This document shows positions 59,633 to 64,000 of a DNA stretch of 64,000 bases, one piece after another. This DNA is from Candidatus Bathyarchaeota archaeon (GTDB lineage Archaea; Thermoproteota; Bathyarchaeia; Bathyarchaeales; Bathycorpusculaceae). Below the pieces are notes generated by a model. That model saw only the letters and a list, made by a program, of their open reading frames with translations, was not told the DNA's origin and did not search any database. The stretch is from positions 544,001-608,000 of the forward strand of contig CAVZJV010000014.1 in NCBI GenBank assembly GCA_963775685.1. The letters are read 5' to 3'. Numbering within the stretch: position 1 is the stretch's first letter; each line of letters starts with the position of its first letter. The position numbers and the translations under genes were made by a program.

Positions 59633-60137
59633 TTACTCGGCGAGGAACTTCGATCTGTCTGGAATTGTAGAAAGGCAAGCTCTCCAAGGTATTTTTACTC
59701 ATCAAATTTACGACAACATCGCCAACTGTTGATTGCTGGCCATTGGGCAGTTTCATCAAAACCTCGCTGAGAAATTCTTTCTCGATTGTGCTAAGACCCC
59801 AAACCACCGCTTCAATCTTGCTTTTTATCCAATGAAACAGCAGCCTGTACTCCTGGTTAATGTTCTCAGACTCAACGAGTTTGCCATGAAGCTTCCTTTT
59901 GATAAAGATATGAGGAGGCTTAACCGCGACGCCTAGTTGTTTCTTGACACCCTCTACTTGTGCCTCAATGATGAACTCTAAAGTATCATCCTGGCCTTCA
60001 AGAGTGGTCCAGCGAATGTTCTTTATCCCGTAGCTTTTTAGCAGAATCTCAATTTCCGCTTTAGTCCGTTCATACGGAACGGTTGTATCCATGTAGGGTG
60101 GATTGCGATTTAGAACAAAACTAACTCTATTACTCAT
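59586..60137 (-). CDS. Conserved viral hypothetical protein
   Basis: TTVPYERTKAEIEILL..RLLFHWIKSKIEAV..EKEFL. Confidence 0.75.
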   Translation of the reverse strand: MSNRVSFVLNRNPPYMDTTVPYERTKAEIEILLKSYGIKNIRWTTLEGQDDTLEFIIEAQVEGVKKQLGVAVKPPHIFIKRKLHGKLVESENINQEYRLLFHWIKSKIEAVVWGLSTIEKEFLSEVLMKLPNGQQSTVGDVVVNLMSKNTLESLPFYNSRQIEVPRRVIDAEAILPDDNSGGP

Positions 60138-60657
60138 CTTTGATTTCTCCTTTCGTTACTTGGATTCGCTCCTCGAACGCAGCAATCGTATCGTGTTGAG
60201 CCCCTCCATGGCTAATCAGACAGATTTCGCGGATCCTAAAACCACGGCTAGCACCCATCACGCGACTATGATACCCAAAAGTGATAACACAACCAGAAGG
60301 TGTCAAAATATCGGGCAGAACATCGAGGAGTTGCTTGAAACGACTATTCTTGTGCCCATTATAGAGCTCCATGCTCTTGCGGTAACTATACGGCGGGTCT
60401 AGCAAAATAACATCGAATAACTCGCCTCGTTCCCTGAGATGTTTGGCGCAATCCAGGGCATCCATCCGAAAAAGAGTACAAGGCATATCGTCTAGGTCAT
60501 TGGCGACTTCAATGCAGCCCATCAATCGTGTGGGACCTGCAAACAGGTTCAGCACATACTTTCCTTTGCACTGCTCTTCTACCCATGCCTTAGTCTTTGG
60601 CGCCTTGAACGTATAGCGATTAAGCGGCTGACGTAGGTAAGTAAAAATGATGCTCAA
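60130..60657 (-). CDS. Small amino (N6-A/N4-C) methyltransferase
   Basis: LNLFAG motif I, LLDPPY motif IV; TTG 60657 after GGAGG. Confidence 0.75.
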   Translation of the reverse strand: MSIIFTYLRQPLNRYTFKAPKTKAWVEEQCKGKYVLNLFAGPTRLMGCIEVANDLDDMPCTLFRMDALDCAKHLRERGELFDVILLDPPYSYRKSMELYNGHKNSRFKQLLDVLPDILTPSGCVITFGYHSRVMGASRGFRIREICLISHGGAQHDTIAAFEERIQVTKGEIKDE

Positions 60658-60737
60658 AAAAGAGGCCTCCCAACGCTTAGAGCATCCGCTAAGCCAGAAA
60701 AAATACAAAAAGAGACGGTAGTTTGTGGAACTGGGCG

Positions 60738-60761
60738 TGGCGCCACCGCTGGGATCCGAAC
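60738..60761 (-). other. tRNA 3'-end-like fragment
   Basis: Minus strand GTTCGGATCCCAGCGGTGGCGCCA, colinear with GTTCGAGTCCTTTCGGCGGCGCCA of the tRNA-Asn. Confidence 0.5.
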
Positions 60762-60815
60762 GTTTAGGGCGTTCGCTATCTTTACTCTTAAAATGAAAAA
60801 AGAAGAGGATGAAAA

Positions 60816-60828
60816 TCTAGTATAAGTT
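60816..60828. promoter_or_regulatory. att arm repeat (right end)
   Basis: TCTAGTATAAGTT, inverted copy of 25679-25691. Confidence 0.75.
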
Positions 60829-60839
60829 AAGATTAGAAG

Positions 60840-60916
60840 TGGCGCCGCCGAAAGGACTCGAACCTTTGACCTACTGATTAACAGTCAGTTGCACTACCGG
60901 GCTGTGCAACGGCGGC
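60840..60916 (-). tRNA. trnN: tRNA-Asn(GTT)
   Basis: GCCGCCG acceptor stem, CTGAC-T-GTT-AA-TCAG anticodon arm, AAAGG-TTCGAGT-CCTTT T arm, encoded CCA; no intron. Confidence 0.97.
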
Positions 60917-60955
60917 AAAGCATCGGCACTTCTGCAACTTTCAGTTCCACGAAGG

Positions 60956-60968
60956 TATTTAAGCTTTC
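60956..60968 (-). promoter_or_regulatory. BRE/TATA of the tRNA gene
   Basis: Minus strand GAAAGCTTAAATA about 40 nt upstream of the tRNA. Confidence 0.55.
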
Positions 60969-60982
60969 ATTTAAAAATTAGT

Positions 60983-62446
60983 CTATTCGATTTGTCGCAC
61001 TTTATGTTTCGCTATTGCTGAAAAGCCCTTGTAGAACTCCTTCATAATGGACGAATACCATTTTCCAGAAAAAGACCAATCAAGCAAATTGTCCACCCAG
61101 AAGAAGTCATGTTCAGCACACAAAACCAGCAGCTGCTTATGGAGTTCATTGAGTTGTGTTTTGGTAAACCAGTCTTTACTCTTGAGTTTTCCAAGAGGAA
61201 CAAAAAACAATGGCACAATTAGGCTACGCATTCCTTTGAGGTCATCAACTAAATCCATTGTTGCCAACACGTCCTCTTCGCGTTCGTCAGGCAATCCTAA
61301 AATCAAAGTGCACGCAGGAACCATCCGATTATCATGCAGTAGTCCCATCCCCTCAACTACAACATCGTGCCAATTCTCAGCCGCAAAGGGGTGAGCTTTA
61401 GCGGGCATAATCTTCTTAGCGACCTCAGGCGAGCCCGTCTCTATACCAACTTCGACGCCCCACCATTTCTGTTTTTGACGTATAATCTCGGAGAGTTTCT
61501 CAAAGAGCTTTGGTTTTGAAGCTACAGCCGCCAAAGAGCAGTGACTCCAGCTTATGCCATCGCATTTTTTAACGACCAACTCATGAAGTTGCAAAAGTTT
61601 CTCCTCATTTGGCACAGTGTTTTTTGAACCATAAAGCATAACATCTTCCGCGTGAAGGCAGGTACCTACAACTTTTTCTGAATCCAAATTAACATTAAGC
61701 TCACGTTCAATCTTCTCGACAGGGTACCATCGTAGAGGTCGAAGAGTAACGTTGCAGAATTGACATCCTCGACAGCAGCCTCTGCCGATTTCAACTAAAC
61801 CATTTATTGAAGGGGCAACAATATCAGGGATCTCTTCTAAACAGGGTACTTCACCAACGCTTACTTCGTAGTGACGAGGCAGTTCTTGTCCTTCAAGAGC
61901 TGCTCTGAAGAGTTTACCAACCACATTTTCTCCTTCACCATCAACAACACAGTCAATTTCTAAATCCTCAAAAGATTTTTCGCGGTACTTAAACTGCCAT
62001 GCGCCCGGTCCACCAACAATTATTTTTAAATCCTTTTGTTTTGCCTTCTTGACTGCGGAACTTTGCAGTAAGGCATGAAAATGCTTTGATAGATAGGGCT
62101 CTTTTTTGAAAATGGATGCGAGTGTAGTGGAGGCTGGACCTAGACCGAATGGATCCATGGCATGGATGCCAAGCACTTTTGCGTTTTTTAAGCCGCTTTC
62201 AAGGTGGCTTGGACCTACGGTTTCTACATTGAAGCCTTCTTTTAGGAGTTGAGCTTCAGTTTTTCTTAACCCATAGGGAGCAGCCCAAGGTTGTCCATTG
62301 CTTGTTTTTAGAGGAGGAAAAAAGAGGTAGCTGTAGAGCCATTCAGGAATAAAATTTGGAGGGGCGCAGGTACCAAAGCCTAAGAATTCATTTTGATGAT
62401 AATTACTCATTAAGGTTCGATCAGCTGTTAAAAGTACATCTGCCAT
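60983..62446 (-). CDS. B12-binding-domain radical SAM protein
   Basis: APYGLRK, VGGPG, RGCCRGCQFC, GIETGS. Confidence 0.9.
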   Translation of the reverse strand: MADVLLTADRTLMSNYHQNEFLGFGTCAPPNFIPEWLYSYLFFPPLKTSNGQPWAAPYGLRKTEAQLLKEGFNVETVGPSHLESGLKNAKVLGIHAMDPFGLGPASTTLASIFKKEPYLSKHFHALLQSSAVKKAKQKDLKIIVGGPGAWQFKYREKSFEDLEIDCVVDGEGENVVGKLFRAALEGQELPRHYEVSVGEVPCLEEIPDIVAPSINGLVEIGRGCCRGCQFCNVTLRPLRWYPVEKIERELNVNLDSEKVVGTCLHAEDVMLYGSKNTVPNEEKLLQLHELVVKKCDGISWSHCSLAAVASKPKLFEKLSEIIRQKQKWWGVEVGIETGSPEVAKKIMPAKAHPFAAENWHDVVVEGMGLLHDNRMVPACTLILGLPDEREEDVLATMDLVDDLKGMRSLIVPLFFVPLGKLKSKDWFTKTQLNELHKQLLVLCAEHDFFWVDNLLDWSFSGKWYSSIMKEFYKGFSAIAKHKVRQIE

Positions 62447-62552
62447 TTTACCTTCCTTCTTTGCGCGCCAATTAAGACAGTTCTTAGCGCGAAAACTTAT
62501 TCAGTAGACAGAGATATAACTTTATTGCTAACTTGCTTGTTTGCGTTGCTTC

Positions 62553-63998
62553 TTAGACCTGATTTGAGCACTTTGAGAGGCCATGGCTTGTTTTGTCCCA
62601 GTAAAAAGGTTTTCTTACTAGTTGAATTAGTCCTCTCCAACTTGCTATGCTATGGAGTACCCAATACAAAGGCATAAGCAAGGCATAAGGCGTATAATGG
62701 TATTTTTTCAATTTTAGACAGGCTATTACGTAAATTGACAGATAAGAAGCGTTACCGGCTAAAAGGTTAAACATGCAAATTAACCGAAGGTAACCTGGCT
62801 CTAGCCAACTTAGATTTATAGGCAACAGAAAACTCGCTGCAGTAAGCATCCAAAGTATGGGGTTTACTAATGGAATAAAGACGGATGTCCCGAATGTAAG
62901 TTGGAATTTAAGGAATTTTTCTGCACCCAAGTCCTTCAAGAGCTGCCTTGGTTGCCGCATATGAACAAGGTAGGTTTGAAGGTGCCCTTTATACCATCGC
63001 GATCTTTGCCGAATCCAACTTTTAGCCGTCATTGTAGCTTCTTCATAAGTATGAGAATCAATCACTTCGGTTCTCAGCTTCTGACGCGCTAACCTTAACC
63101 CTAAATCAGCATCTTCAGTAACGTTATATGGATCCCACCGACCAAGTTCATCAAGACCTTTTTTCCTAAAATGGTTACTAGTACCTCCTAGCGGAATAGG
63201 AGCCTCTATCCAATCTAAACCCTGCAGGTAGAACTCATACCAATTCGCATATTCGATCGAAAACCATTTCGTTAGTATGTTTTCGTCTGCGTTGTAAAAA
63301 TTAAGCTTTGACTGCAAACACACAACATTATCGCTTGAACGAAGAAAAATAATCGCAGCTTTTTTTAGCTGATCTGGATCTGGTTTGTCTTCTGCATCGT
63401 ATATAACAACTAGTTCGCCTTTTGCGCGCAGTAACCCGTAGTTGCAAGCCCTCGGCTTAGTGGTCACTTTTGCTGATGGAATGACAATTGGATCAAAAAG
63501 CTTTAGAAACCCAAAATATTTCTCACTTGGAATCCCTTCAACTTCCTTTTTGGGCGACCCAAACAACCCTAAGAGTTTGGCCGCACCAATGGTTTCTTCA
63601 TCATTTTCTTCAATTAAAATTTTGATGTCAAGCTTATCCTGAGGATAGTTCAGACGGTAAAGATTTCGAAGGATTTGGGGGAGGATTTTTGCTTCATGGA
63701 ATATTGGAATTAAAACAGTATAAACGGGCAGGTCTTCATTGTGAACCCCCTGTAACTCGCCTTTACTGATTCGCGTCGGTGTTCTTGCCCCCTTGAAGCC
63801 TCTAAGCGAAATGTAGATTTTAATGGGGTTAACTACAAAGTATCCAACACTGATCATAGCAAATAAAACCATGAAAGTCATCGTTGAACTTATTAATGCG
63901 CTAATGCTGACCACAACAAGTAGGGATAATATGAAGTATTTTTGTTTGGGATAAAGAACGCGGTAGGCGGATTGGTCTGGCGTACGATTGTAGAGATC
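62553..63998 (-). CDS. Family 2 glycosyltransferase (membrane; 5' end outside the window)
   Basis: TKPRACNYG, YDAED, TEDAD, QRSRW; frame stays open to the window edge. Confidence 0.92.
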   Translation of the reverse strand, partial: DLYNRTPDQSAYRVLYPKQKYFILSLLVVVSISALISSTMTFMVLFAMISVGYFVVNPIKIYISLRGFKGARTPTRISKGELQGVHNEDLPVYTVLIPIFHEAKILPQILRNLYRLNYPQDKLDIKILIEENDEETIGAAKLLGLFGSPKKEVEGIPSEKYFGFLKLFDPIVIPSAKVTTKPRACNYGLLRAKGELVVIYDAEDKPDPDQLKKAAIIFLRSSDNVVCLQSKLNFYNADENILTKWFSIEYANWYEFYLQGLDWIEAPIPLGGTSNHFRKKGLDELGRWDPYNVTEDADLGLRLARQKLRTEVIDSHTYEEATMTAKSWIRQRSRWYKGHLQTYLVHMRQPRQLLKDLGAEKFLKFQLTFGTSVFIPLVNPILWMLTAASFLLPINLSWLEPGYLRLICMFNLLAGNASYLSIYVIACLKLKKYHYTPYALLMPLYWVLHSIASWRGLIQLVRKPFYWDKTSHGLSKCSNQV

Positions 63999-64000
63999 GC

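Larger units (their letters stand above)
25644..60855. mobile_element. Provirus (archaeal head-tail virus, siphovirus-like), ~35.2 kb, integrated in tRNA-Asn
   Basis: 16-bp direct repeats, adjacent integrase, terminase-portal-protease-MCP-neck-tail module. Confidence 0.92.

Overview
Archaeal chromosome window, probably Bathyarchaeia (inferred from a PQQ-type beta-propeller surface protein, a NosD protein with a VPE-TM tail, and archaeal BRE/TATA promoters). The main feature is a ~35.2 kb head-tail provirus (25644-60855) integrated at the 3' end of tRNA-Asn(GTT). It has a 16-bp att core, 13-bp inverted arm repeats that face each other only in the excised circle, a tyrosine integrase, terminase/portal/protease/MCP, neck and tail genes with a very short (~180 aa) tape measure, a ParB-ABC ATPase-GNAT module with a candidate -1 frameshift, and several cargo cassettes. 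Immediately left is an older island (~10.2-25.6 kb) with a mirror-image paralogous integrase module, a Lamassu/ABC-three-component-like defence operon plus helicase, toxin-antitoxin genes and relics of a related virus. The most novel-looking signals are: (i) a two-hairpin, SD-sequestering leader conserved in front of both integrases; (ii) a cargo regulon with a shared TGTMCT-N6/7-RGTACA operator in front of secreted proteins and small 2-TM proteins, around a membrane-anchored HTH regulator; (iii) arrays of (RGW)n-armed ~37-45 bp palindromes flanking the defence cassette; (iv) an enzyme-like alpha/alpha-barrel fused to the virion neck stopper. Several genes are broken by single extra bases, which may be assembly errors. 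All protein family calls come from motif recognition by eye; no database search was run.
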